Positions 1 through 9,983 of a stretch of 64,000 nucleotides of DNA are shown here, one piece after another; position 1 is the first letter of the stretch, and each line of letters starts with the position of its first letter. A model generated the notes under the pieces. That model saw nothing but the letters and a program-made list of their open reading frames with translations, had not been told where the DNA came from and did no database searches. Both the position numbers and the translations under genes were made by a program. The stretch lies in NCBI GenBank assembly GCA_946965045.2, contig OX337229.1, forward strand, positions 5,332,001-5,396,000, in the 5' to 3' direction. The stretch is from Epithemia pelagica. Its lineage: Eukaryota > Protista > Bacillariophyta.

Positions 1-415
1 AGGAGAAGATTCGACCGACAAGAGACGAGTACCATCTTACTCTCGTTATTCCACATCGAGGACAGGAACAGAACAAATGGACCAATGGGCCGACCAAGTC
101 TCACTTGGAGCAACGCGTCATCAACAATAACGGCCCAAACCAGTCCAATACATAGAGAAACAAGATCCTGTGGCATCCCATAACTGTCATCGTCTAAACA
201 TTTTGACAGGCAAGAACGGGCTGGACGACGATACATAGGAAACCAAGATAACAACAAGATCGCAAAAAGATCTCCAATCTACTTTATCCAACGGCCAATG
301 ATCCAACGGATCACAGTCATCGCTACGAGTAGAAGTAAAGAATAAGCACACAACTTAACTTTGTTTTACACGGGTTGAGCTCGTTCTTGTTGCCCACGGT
401 AGCAGGAAAACAACA
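1..415 (+). repeat. 5' LTR of copia 1 (last 415 of ~483 bp)
   Basis: Matches 5852-6209 plus 10886-10942; two substitutions seen (189 vs 6040; 297 vs 6148). Ends ...GGAAAACAACA. Confidence 0.96.
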
Positions 416-430
416 AGCTTCCTCTGCGCT
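416..430 (+). promoter_or_regulatory. Putative primer-binding site of copia 1, complementary to the D-arm of initiator tRNA-Met
   Basis: 417-430 GCTTCCTCTGCGCT; reverse complement AGCGCAGAGGAAGC resembles the eukaryotic tRNAi D-arm GGCGCAG(C/T)GGAAGC (recalled consensus). No TGG-type 3'-CCA PBS is present. Confidence 0.6.
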
Positions 431-466
431 GTTTACAGCTAAAACGTTGTCAATTCATCATCCACC

Positions 467-1723
467 ATGGCCGCAAATTTTGCCCTTTCACCCGCTCATG
501 CCAACGCCAATCAAGTGATCAACTTCACGACGGCAGGAGGAGCGAAGTTTTACAAGCAAGCGATTCGTGGATTGTACGATAGTGGAGATCTGTACGACCT
601 TGAAGCCGACGGACTCAAGACGTTCCTTGATACTCTCCAAGACAGGATCGTTGAACAAAACTGGACTTCGATCTTTGCAATTCCAGAAGCGATCGCTGCC
701 CCCGCCGCCAATCTTCGTTTGCTCACCAGCGAGTACGGTCGTGTCTCCTTGCAACAAGTCCGTGCCTATGTTGAACACTTCAATGGAGCCAATCGTCAGA
801 CACAGAACGCATACATGGCATACACTTGCATTATGGCATCACTTACCGACGACGCCAAGGCACAGGTCAATATTCGACGCGAAGACTTCACTATCGATGG
901 GCGTGGTTCCGGACCCCTTCTCCTCAAGGTTTTGATCTCGTTGGCACATGTGGACACCGAAGCCACCGTTATGGTTCTACGCCAACGCCTGGCTGACCTT
1001 CACATCTATATTATGGATGTGAACGCGGACATCGCCAAGTTTAACTTCTACGTAGACGAGACTCTTCGGGCTCTCAACGCGCGCGGCGAGCAGACGCTCG
1101 ACCTTCTACCGAATCTAGTTAAGGCGTACGAAACCGTGAACGACGATAACTTTCTAGAGTTCATTCGTCGCAAGAAGAACGCATATGAAGAAGGAGACAA
1201 TCCAGGACTGACCCCGCGTCAACTAATGAGCGTTGCTTGCACCAAGTACCAGACGCTCGTGGAACAGAAGAAATGGCAGGCTCTCTCGGCACGCGACCAG
1301 AAATTGATCGCACTTGAAGCATCCGTGAATAAACTCAAGGAACAGAAACGCAAGACTAACCCCAGTGACCAGAAGAAACAGACAAGCAAAGGGAAGACGG
1401 ACAAGGCAACTGACAACGATAAGGCCTGGCTTACGGTGGGACCAAAGAGTGGTCAGTCCGAGACGAAGGAAGTCAACGGAAAAATGTGGTACTGGTGCAA
1501 GTGGCACGGAAAGTGGTCGACCAACAAAAACCACACGTCCGCAACGTGTAACGGACGTGGTCTGACAGGAGATAAGAAACGGGCCTACGACGCAGCCCAC
1601 GAGAACAGCGATGGTACCACGTCTGAGAACACGGGAACGAACCCAGGACTCCGCCTTGCTAGCGCCTTAGCCGGTGCTACCCACGATGAAGACGATGACA
1701 GCGACAACAGCACCGACGAGTGA
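467..1723 (+). CDS. gag: Gag of copia 1 (418 aa)
   Basis: First ORF after the PBS; zinc-knuckle-like WYWCKWHGKWSTNKNHTSATC; helical capsid-like core. Confidence 0.88.
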   Translation: MAANFALSPAHANANQVINFTTAGGAKFYKQAIRGLYDSGDLYDLEADGLKTFLDTLQDRIVEQNWTSIFAIPEAIAAPAANLRLLTSEYGRVSLQQVRAYVEHFNGANRQTQNAYMAYTCIMASLTDDAKAQVNIRREDFTIDGRGSGPLLLKVLISLAHVDTEATVMVLRQRLADLHIYIMDVNADIAKFNFYVDETLRALNARGEQTLDLLPNLVKAYETVNDDNFLEFIRRKKNAYEEGDNPGLTPRQLMSVACTKYQTLVEQKKWQALSARDQKLIALEASVNKLKEQKRKTNPSDQKKQTSKGKTDKATDNDKAWLTVGPKSGQSETKEVNGKMWYWCKWHGKWSTNKNHTSATCNGRGLTGDKKRAYDAAHENSDGTTSENTGTNPGLRLASALAGATHDEDDDSDNSTDE

Positions 1724-1750
1724 CAACCAAACCCGGGATGGTTCCCCGGG
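1721..1750 (+). promoter_or_regulatory. Putative stop-codon readthrough signal between gag and pol
   Basis: TGA-CAA-CCA fits stop+CARYYA. An 8-nt spacer is followed by the hairpin CCCGGG-ATGGTTC-CCCGGG. pol continues in the same frame with no other stop. Confidence 0.65.
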
Positions 1751-4336
1751 CTGCACGACATGATCAAGCAGCTCGTTTACACAGTATTAGTGACGATCCT
1801 TTTATCAAGTTACACTATGCTGTGCTACGGGCTATGGTGTCCTAGGTGCTACCACCTGGAGTCAGTCCTAAACTACGTCCAAAGGCTATGCGACTCCATA
1901 GCGACCTCTCTCGCGACCAAAATCAAAGTGAAGAAGAAACGAAGAATCGACCATGGCCGGAGACGACGGAGAACTAACTATACAGGACTCCTCCGGGCAT
2001 TATGCATGGCAACGATACTGACTTCGACAACCGGACAAGTTACTCACCGAGCGGCTCACGAAGTTGGCTTCGATACCGACAGCAGGAAAGTCTTGATTGA
2101 CAATTGCGCAACCGCGTCAATTACGAACGACATACAAGACTGCTGCACCAAACCAATCAAAATCAAACGAAAGGTCAAGGGAGTAGCAGGAACATATCAA
2201 CCAGATAAATACGAGACGACGATACGATGGGATATCGAGGACGACGACGGCAAGATCCATACGATCACGCTCCCAAGGTCCTTCTACATCCCATCGACTC
2301 CAACCAAACTGCTTTCGCCCCAACATTGGGCACAAACAGCAAAAGATATCAAACCCTTGCCGAGAGGAACACGATGCGTGACATATAGCAACGCTATCGA
2401 ATTGATTTGGGGGCAAGGACTCTTCAAACGGACGATTCCATTGAAACAACGAGGTTCAAATGTGGGTGAGTTTACGACTGCCCCAGGATACACAAAATAC
2501 GAAGCGTTTTGCAAAAAGGCAGGCACGACAATCCAACAAGAGGACAACAAGCCCTTGCTGGTCAACAACGCAAACCTCATTGAAGACGACGACGAATCCA
2601 TCATGGAACGGTCTCCATCAACAATGGACCAAGATGAGGGAGACGACTGGAGCATCGACGAAAATCACAAGAATCTCGACGACGAACAAAATGAACATTA
2701 TTTTCCAACAAGAGATGTACCGATGACTACCGAGTTCCTCATAGACCCCAGCGATACCGTACATGTGATTCCTAATGAAGAAGAGGTACTCCCCGAAAGT
2801 CCAACGCTCGAGTTACTCCGAACGCATCATAGAATGGGTCACCTGTCGATGGCGAAAATCCAAAGCCTTGCACGACAAGGAGGACTCCCCAAGCGACTTG
2901 CAAACTGTAAGGTCCCGGTCTGTACGGCGTGTATGTACGGGAAAGCTACGCGACGTCCCTGGCGAATCAAAGGTCATCGTGGAACACTAGATACCATGAC
3001 GTCACCGGGTCAATGTGTATCGGTCGACCAAATGATATCAAAGACTCCGGGCTACATTGCGCATCTACGAGGGACTCCCACACGGGACAGATATAGGGTG
3101 GCTACGGTTTTCGTCGACCACTTCTCAGGGGTAGGCTATGTACACCTTCAACGGAGTACATCAGCTAAAGACACGATCGAAGCTAAAGAACGGTTTGAAG
3201 CTTGGGCAGACACTCACGGAGTCAAGATCCGACATTATCACGCCGATAACGGCATCTTTGCCGACAATAAATTCCAGGAAGCAGTACAAATGAAGAATCA
3301 ACGATTAACTTTCAGTGGGGTTAATGCTCACTTTCAAAGTGGCATGGCCGAACGACGTATTAGAGAACTACAAGAATCAGGAAGAACAATGCTGATACAC
3401 GCCCAACGACGCTGGCCTAGTACAGTGACGACGAACTTATGGCCCTACGCGGTCCGCTATGCCAACGACATGTTCAATGAGGCACCAATGAAGAAACACA
3501 AAGAAAAGACGCCAATGGAACTATTTACAGGTTCAACGGTAAGATTCAATACACGACTCGCACATACGTTCGGATGCCCAGCATACGTACTCGACAACGA
3601 ATTACAAAGCGGAACTCCAATTCCCAAATGGTCCGAACGAGCTCGAGTTGGCATTTTCTTGGGCTATTCTCCCCAACATGCAAGGACAATCGGGCTTATC
3701 TTATCCCTTTCTTCCGGATTGACGTCACCTCAATTTCATGTTCAATACGATGACCAATTTGAAACCATACGCAAAAGTTTTGGAGAGGCCCAACCAATAT
3801 CTCAATGGCAGTATAAGGCAGGGTTCACAAAATCCAAGCCACGCATGAGGCAGAATCAACCATGCGTGGAATTCAGAAGTACAACGACGTCATCCCGACG
3901 TGAGCCCGACGTTACGATACCCGAAGACAGGGACCAAACTAACGATGCTAACCCGCCAATGGAAGAACGAGAAACTATGCCAGAGCATGAGGGAGCTAGG
4001 CGGTCCCAACGTACTCCTCGTCGAACACAACGATATCAAGACTACTTGACTTCGCTCCAAGAGCCCGAAGACGCGATCGGAGAAGTAGCTATCACAGCTA
4101 AGCCAACTGTGACAGTCAATACGGCTCAAGCTAACAGCAATCCAGATGTTATGTACTGGCATGAAGCGATGAAACAAGAGGATCGAGCGGAATTCATAAA
4201 GGCAGCACAGAAAGAAGTACAAGATCATAGCGATAATGGGCTATGGGAGGTGGTCAAGCGAAAGGACATTCCAAAAGGAGCGCTAATCTCTCGAGGAGTG
4301 TGGAGTTGCGTCCGAAAGAGAAGACTTAAAAACTAG
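1724..4336 (+). CDS. pol: Pol N-part of copia 1: protease, integrase and start of RT (ATG at 1760; open in frame from the gag stop)
   Basis: PR-like VLIDNCATAS; HHCC finger HHRMGH...CTAC; DDE core VSVDQM / HADNG / MAERRIRE; RT start WHEAMKQEDR...WEVV...WSCVRKR. Confidence 0.93.
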   Translation, partial: QPNPGWFPGLHDMIKQLVYTVLVTILLSSYTMLCYGLWCPRCYHLESVLNYVQRLCDSIATSLATKIKVKKKRRIDHGRRRRRTNYTGLLRALCMATILTSTTGQVTHRAAHEVGFDTDSRKVLIDNCATASITNDIQDCCTKPIKIKRKVKGVAGTYQPDKYETTIRWDIEDDDGKIHTITLPRSFYIPSTPTKLLSPQHWAQTAKDIKPLPRGTRCVTYSNAIELIWGQGLFKRTIPLKQRGSNVGEFTTAPGYTKYEAFCKKAGTTIQQEDNKPLLVNNANLIEDDDESIMERSPSTMDQDEGDDWSIDENHKNLDDEQNEHYFPTRDVPMTTEFLIDPSDTVHVIPNEEEVLPESPTLELLRTHHRMGHLSMAKIQSLARQGGLPKRLANCKVPVCTACMYGKATRRPWRIKGHRGTLDTMTSPGQCVSVDQMISKTPGYIAHLRGTPTRDRYRVATVFVDHFSGVGYVHLQRSTSAKDTIEAKERFEAWADTHGVKIRHYHADNGIFADNKFQEAVQMKNQRLTFSGVNAHFQSGMAERRIRELQESGRTMLIHAQRRWPSTVTTNLWPYAVRYANDMFNEAPMKKHKEKTPMELFTGSTVRFNTRLAHTFGCPAYVLDNELQSGTPIPKWSERARVGIFLGYSPQHARTIGLILSLSSGLTSPQFHVQYDDQFETIRKSFGEAQPISQWQYKAGFTKSKPRMRQNQPCVEFRSTTTSSRREPDVTIPEDRDQTNDANPPMEERETMPEHEGARRSQRTPRRTQRYQDYLTSLQEPEDAIGEVAITAKPTVTVNTAQANSNPDVMYWHEAMKQEDRAEFIKAAQKEVQDHSDNGLWEVVKRKDIPKGALISRGVWSCVRKRRLKN

Positions 4337-5756
4337 AGAAGTCTACAAATGGAAATCCAGATTGGCATATGATGGGTCCATGCAAGAAAAGGGGGTTAAC
4401 TATTGGGAAACCTACGCTCCTGTGATTCAATGGCCCGTCGTGAGATTCATCCTAACTATGGCACTCACACAAGGATGGCACATCAAACAGGTAGATTATG
4501 TGCTGGCATATACTCAAGCAGTCGCCGAGACTGATATGTATATGGAAGCGCCGAAAAGCTTCACCTTCGATACAAAAGGGAACCAGCGAGCAGAGGACTA
4601 CGTCCTCAAGATCAAGCAAAATTACTATGGGCAGAAGCAGGGTGCCCGAGTATGGAATCAACACCTCGTGGAACGACTTAAGCAAGTCGGTTTCCAACAG
4701 AGTGCACACGATGAGTGCCTCTTTTATCACGGTAAATGCGTATACATTTTGTATACGGACGATTCCTTATTGTTGGGTCCCGACAAAGAAGAACTCGACC
4801 GGTTGATTGTTACAATGGAGAATAGTGGTCTGAAAATGACCCATGAAGACGGAGTCAACGATTTTCTTGGAGTCAACATCGACAGAAAAGAGGATGGCAC
4901 CATCCACTTGACTCAACCACATTTAATTGACTCAATCCTCCAAGATCTTCACCTTGCCGACAAATCAACTAAGAAGAAAGAAACACCGGCACCAACCACA
5001 GTACGCTTGAGACAAGACCAAGACGGGAAAGCATTTGATCACCATTTCCATTACAGGTCGGTGATCGGGAAACTCAACTTCCTGGAAAAGAGCACGAGAC
5101 CAGATATTAGTTTCGCCGTCCACCAATGCGCTAGATTTTGCGAAAACCCAAAAGCAATTCACGGGAAAGCCGTCAAACACATAGCACGTTACCTCGCCGG
5201 GACAAGAAAGCAAGGAGTGATACTCAAACCCGACACCATGAAATCTTTCCAAGTGTTCGCCGACGCGGACTTTGCTGGAAATTTTAACAAGCTCGACCTC
5301 CCAAATAAGGACATGGCTCGGTCTCGAACGGGATTTGTGGTCTTCTACGCAGGTTGCCCCATTCTCTGGCAATCAAAACTGCAGTCAGAGATAGCCTTAT
5401 CAACCACAGAAGCAGAGATCATCAGTTTGTCGCACGGGCTACGTACCGTCATTCCGTTGATGGCCATCACTCGTGAGATGAAGGATTTGGGATTCCCTAT
5501 TCTCTCCACGACGCCCAAGATACATTGCAAGGCCTTCGAAGATAACAGTGGTGCAGTTGAACTCGCAACAATATACAAGTACAGACCCAGAACACGGTGT
5601 CTGTGCACCAAGTTGTTCCATTTTAAATCTTTTGTGGAACGAAAAGAGATCGAGATTCACCCGTGCGCGACAGACGATCAGACTGCGGATATCTTCACTA
5701 AATCGCTCAACGAATCATCGTTCGAGAAACATCGCGAGAGCATACAAGGATGGTAA
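4333..5756 (+). CDS. pol: Pol C-part of copia 1: RT and RNase H, one nt out of frame with the N-part (ORF track start 4362)
   Basis: YAPVIQWPVVR, QVDYVLAYTQ, YGQKQGARVW, YTDD; RNase H FADADFAG, EAE, EDNSGA, ADIFTK. Removing one A from the run at 4328-4332 restores LKTREVYKWKSRLAYDG. Confidence 0.93.
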
Positions 5757-5770
5757 CATCGACTCTACTC

Positions 5771-5783
5771 GGCCGAGAGGGAG
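5771..5783 (+). promoter_or_regulatory. Polypurine tract of copia 1
   Basis: GGCCGAGAGGGAG lies immediately before the TG of the 3' LTR. Confidence 0.85.
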
Positions 5784-6209
5784 TGTTCGAAATAATGAGA
5801 TATGGTCAGTGAATGAAGAAGTGCGACCAGGATTCGGAACCGGGATTCGGAAGGAGAAGATTCGACCGACAAGAGACGAGTACCATCTTACTCTCGTTAT
5901 TCCACATCGAGGACAGGAACAGAACAAATGGACCAATGGGCCGACCAAGTCTCACTTGGAGCAACGCGTCATCAACAATAACGGCCCAAACCAGTCCAAT
6001 ACATAGAGAAACAAGATCCTGTGGCATCCCATAACTGTCTTCGTCTAAACATTTTGACAGGCAAGAACGGGCTGGACGACGATACATAGGAAACCAAGAT
6101 AACAACAAGATCGCAAAAAGATCTCCAATCTACTTTATCCAACGGCCGATGATCCAACGGATCACAGTCATCGCTACGAGTAGAAGTAAAGAATAAGCAC
6201 ACAACTTAA
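5784..6209 (+). repeat. 3' LTR of copia 1, left part (up to the TTAA insertion site)
   Basis: Starts TGTTCG after the PPT; 5852-6209 matches 1-358. Confidence 0.95.
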
Positions 6210-6223
6210 CGCCATACGTAAGG

Positions 6224-6279
6224 GAGCAGTATATATACTTATCCCATAAATTCGAGCAGTATATACACTCCTCCCATAA
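6224..6279 (+). repeat. Left subterminal direct repeats of the piggyBac element (2 x 26 bp)
   Basis: GAGCAGTATATATACTTATCCCATAA (6224-6249) and GAGCAGTATATACACTCCTCCCATAA (6254-6279), 23/26 identical. The TCCCATAA core recurs inverted (TTATGGGA) at 10790-10797 and 10822-10829. Confidence 0.8.
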
Positions 6280-6564
6280 CTTTGAAGACATCTAATACTT
6301 GGAATATAGATGTCATCAGCTTTTTGACAGGTCAGTCGAATTTATCACGGAATTTTGAACATTTCTATATATCATAGTCTACACTGATTTTCCAATCCTA
6401 CTCACCGTTCCGTCGATCAAAGATTGGCCACTTTCGCTCATTTTCCGCCTCCCTCGCCAGAGGTGCTACTTCGACGACCTCTATCTTCATCCACATTTAC
6501 TTTGCACTGGCACCACTCTCCATTCTGGTCTGTCATATACTGAACAAGACACATTCCTAAGAGC

Positions 6565-7518
6565 ATGTCCTCCCAGGCATCGGCTGTGCCAGGAGAGACG
6601 CAGACGTCAGAATCAGTGAAATCTCCAAATTTGCTGGTCGACTCGTCCCAGCCATCTCAAGGGGAACCACCACCTCATGTTCCTGTACAAAGATCGCGTT
6701 TTTCCTATGCAAAGAAGAAGCTCATCGCCCCTCATACCTTTTGGTTGGACAGGAATTACTTGGACCGCTTTTCCGAAACTTTCCCACGCTGTGATGCGAG
6801 AACCCCTCTTCACATGGACGGCCAGGTCGTGTCCTGCCCAACATCGAAGAATGGACATGTGTATGTCATAGTCTGGAATCAACTACCCCATCCGAATCTA
6901 AATTCCCAGTGGGTCAGAAGTCATTTCAAGTCGTCTCCATACGTCAAGAATATGCTGAAGGAGTACATTTTGGATTTTGTTTATCCGGGCAAACAGTCTT
7001 CACCTCAACGAAAGAAACCCCCGCCCAATCAAGAGAATCCTACGACGGAACCCAACAACATTCGGCCAATTGATAGTCAAAGAGTAACGATGCAGGATGA
7101 TACGCGAGCAGTTACACAAACCGACAGACCTCATCTTCCACCAGCCAAAAAAGCCCCTCCCAACCCAAATGAAGACGACGACGATAGTTCAGTGTCTTCT
7201 GGGCAATTGATCCCTCAATCACAACTTCCCTCGACAACCGAACGCGCACAGCGACGGGCCCAGCTAAATACGGCTACCGAGGAAGACACATCACCTGCTA
7301 TTGGAAATAGTTCAGGTCGTTCAAACAACCAACAAGGAGAAGATACAACACCAACCCACGCTGTTGGGCCACAACAACCCGCAAGGCTTTTTGGTAGTGG
7401 GAACACGACGGATACTGGTGTAACCTCTAGAGCTTCCCTGCAGAGTGACCCTCCGAATCAAAATGTGTCTTCTGATTCCGAATCAGAAGATGAGGAAGAC
7501 AATGCCAGAACATTCTAG
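6565..7518 (+). CDS. N-terminal extension of the piggyBac transposase reading frame (317 aa), ended by an in-frame TAG
   Basis: Same frame as 7519-9924 with only TAG 7516-7518 between. ~100-aa aromatic globular-looking segment followed by a disordered P/S/D linker. Confidence 0.7.
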   Translation: MSSQASAVPGETQTSESVKSPNLLVDSSQPSQGEPPPHVPVQRSRFSYAKKKLIAPHTFWLDRNYLDRFSETFPRCDARTPLHMDGQVVSCPTSKNGHVYVIVWNQLPHPNLNSQWVRSHFKSSPYVKNMLKEYILDFVYPGKQSSPQRKKPPPNQENPTTEPNNIRPIDSQRVTMQDDTRAVTQTDRPHLPPAKKAPPNPNEDDDDSSVSSGQLIPQSQLPSTTERAQRRAQLNTATEEDTSPAIGNSSGRSNNQQGEDTTPTHAVGPQQPARLFGSGNTTDTGVTSRASLQSDPPNQNVSSDSESEDEEDNARTF

Positions 7519-9924
7519 GAGCACACCGATCGACCGGAGAATGTGTTGGACGAAGACAGGAGATCGGAAGCAGACGATGAAGAAGAAACAGAAGAAGACG
7601 AGGCCGCAAACAACCAGAAAGAACAAACAACTATTCGTGAGATGATGAATGCCCTTGTGTTCTCTTATCAGGAAACTCCCTTGTCGCAACAAGCATCACA
7701 CTGGATAGGCAACGACGCAAACCATCGATCAATGTACAGTGGTCCGGATGGCCTGAAAGACAACGTGGCGGAGAACTTCAGTAATCCCTTTGAATGTCTC
7801 CAGTATGTTGGCGGCCTCTCTATGGATGTAATAGCACACATTGCAAACTCAACAAATGACTACTTTCATCAAAGGATTGAGCCAAACCTTCCAAGGAAAC
7901 GAACTTACTATCATTCCCAAAAATGGGTTGATGTGTCAATAGAGGAAATGGTACGATTTTTGGGTTTGATTCTGATGATGTCGCTCCGACCTGTTGACGC
8001 AGGAGGATATGCGGCTCACTTTCAAACAACCAACCGTGTCTACAATATTGGAATGGCCCATCCGGTCATCGAGATAAAAGACAGTGCCGGGTGGGCTTCC
8101 AAGTACATGAAACTGGGCCGCTTTAGACAAATCCGAGGAGCTTTCCACTTGGACGAAAAGTCCAGCCAAAGAGGTGGCGACAAGTGCTACCAGTTGCGCA
8201 AGATCTTGACTGCAGTGAATGCTGGATCCAAACAAAGCTTCAGAGTTCCACGCGACCTTGCCTTTGATGAAGGAGGTATTGGATGCCGCTCAAGATATTG
8301 CCCCGTCAGGCAATACAACAAAGATAAGCCACAAAAATTTCGTGTGGATTTCTTTATTTTATCATCATCCTCAACGTATGCTATCCTACACATTGATGTG
8401 TATCAGGGCAAAAATCCTACGAACTCATACATCAAGAAGCAAGCACGACAGCTCCCAACCACAATGAAGGCTGTTGTGAACGCCTGTTACGCCCTACAGC
8501 TCCATAAGAGAACGGATGGCTATCGCCATGTGGCAATGGATAACCGGTACACAGCCCCAAGATTGGCTGTTGTTCTTCGTGACAGACTTCGACTGTTCTC
8601 CACCGGAACTTGCAGAGCCAATCGGAAAGGTTGGGACAGTAAGAGATTGAACCTAAAAAAAGACCGGACCAATCGTGGGGAGTCACTGTTGTTCCATGAT
8701 CCGGTGAATGGATTGATTTTCGGACAGTGGGTTGACTCCAAGGTCGTAAATTTTGTATCTTCCTACGAGGATGTGGGAAGTGGGACAGTGCGTCGTCAAG
8801 TGGGGCAAAATAAAGAAGAGTTTCTCTGTCCAGTTCCATTGATCCGATACCAGATGACTATGGGGGTTGATAATGGGGGCCAAATGCGATTGCAGTTTGG
8901 CGGTTTCGGCACCCGTGTGAAGTTCAAGAAATGGTACAAAAAGGCTGCTTTAGGGATTCTTGACGTCATGTTACTGAATTCCTATATAGCCTGGAACTTG
9001 TCATCAAGCGACCGTCCCCGTGCGCAGAGAATCAAACTTACACGGTTTGGGTATTATACAATCGTTGCTCAGCAGATGTGCGAATTTGTTGCTCCAATGG
9101 AAGTGGATGCTCTTGGAAGACGGGTCTCTACCAACACCGGTCGCAGAGTCTGTGAAAATGGTCATTTCCCTGTTCCAGTAGATTCCAACAAGCAAATTGG
9201 CTGCGCGGTATGCCTATTAGAATATCGATGGAGGAAAGACAAGCTGAAGATGACGGGTCTGCATTCCAACGTTGGAACCTGTGTCAAATGCGGAATAACA
9301 GCTCACTTGGTCCATTGCGGTCACAAAAAACAACAAGGCTGGCACATTCACAATCTACCGGAATTCGACAAGCTCACATGTTTCGAAATCGTACATTCGG
9401 AACACGGAAGACAAATGTTTGTCCAAAATCACCCGTCCAGCAGATACAAGTATTCGATAAGAAAAAGCCATCCGTTGATGGTACAGCTTCGTGAAATGCA
9501 TGGTCTCACACCAAGGCACACAAGAACACGACGAGCACGGAATGGTAGGCGAATGGAACAACGGCAACAACAACAACAAAGTAACGCTGCACTGCATGAC
9601 GAAGAGCAAATGCAACAAAAGCGAGGAAGAGCTCGTCTGTCACAGAATGGGATGGACTCTGACAATGACTTGGACGAAAGTGACGACAGAGAGGCCAACA
9701 GCTCATCACAGGTAGCCAGATCAAAAAGACCAAGACGATCATCCCGTCCAAGAAATATTGTTACCCGAACACAACAAGATTCAGACGAAAGTAATGACTT
9801 GGACGATGAGACAGACAACGACTATTCGGATGGTGACAAAAGTTCATCGGACGAAGAGAACTATGAAGAATTATATGCCTCCAGTGAGGGAGAGGACGTT
9901 CCCTCTATGACAGATACCATATAG
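7519..9924 (+). CDS. piggyBac-family (PGBD-like) transposase, possibly degenerate; first ATG at 7642
   Basis: AFDEGGIGCRSRYCPVRQYNKDKPQKF, AMDNRY, YQMTMGVDNGGQ, KKWYKK...LDVMLLNSYIAW; C-terminal Cys-rich domain CAVC...CVKC...H..HC; acidic tail. Confidence 0.92.
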   Translation, partial: EHTDRPENVLDEDRRSEADDEEETEEDEAANNQKEQTTIREMMNALVFSYQETPLSQQASHWIGNDANHRSMYSGPDGLKDNVAENFSNPFECLQYVGGLSMDVIAHIANSTNDYFHQRIEPNLPRKRTYYHSQKWVDVSIEEMVRFLGLILMMSLRPVDAGGYAAHFQTTNRVYNIGMAHPVIEIKDSAGWASKYMKLGRFRQIRGAFHLDEKSSQRGGDKCYQLRKILTAVNAGSKQSFRVPRDLAFDEGGIGCRSRYCPVRQYNKDKPQKFRVDFFILSSSSTYAILHIDVYQGKNPTNSYIKKQARQLPTTMKAVVNACYALQLHKRTDGYRHVAMDNRYTAPRLAVVLRDRLRLFSTGTCRANRKGWDSKRLNLKKDRTNRGESLLFHDPVNGLIFGQWVDSKVVNFVSSYEDVGSGTVRRQVGQNKEEFLCPVPLIRYQMTMGVDNGGQMRLQFGGFGTRVKFKKWYKKAALGILDVMLLNSYIAWNLSSSDRPRAQRIKLTRFGYYTIVAQQMCEFVAPMEVDALGRRVSTNTGRRVCENGHFPVPVDSNKQIGCAVCLLEYRWRKDKLKMTGLHSNVGTCVKCGITAHLVHCGHKKQQGWHIHNLPEFDKLTCFEIVHSEHGRQMFVQNHPSSRYKYSIRKSHPLMVQLREMHGLTPRHTRTRRARNGRRMEQRQQQQQSNAALHDEEQMQQKRGRARLSQNGMDSDNDLDESDDREANSSSQVARSKRPRRSSRPRNIVTRTQQDSDESNDLDDETDNDYSDGDKSSSDEENYEELYASSEGEDVPSMTDTI

Positions 9925-9983
9925 ATAAAAAAGAACTTTCACTTAGTAGTCTCCATTGCATATATTACTGTGAATGATACTTC

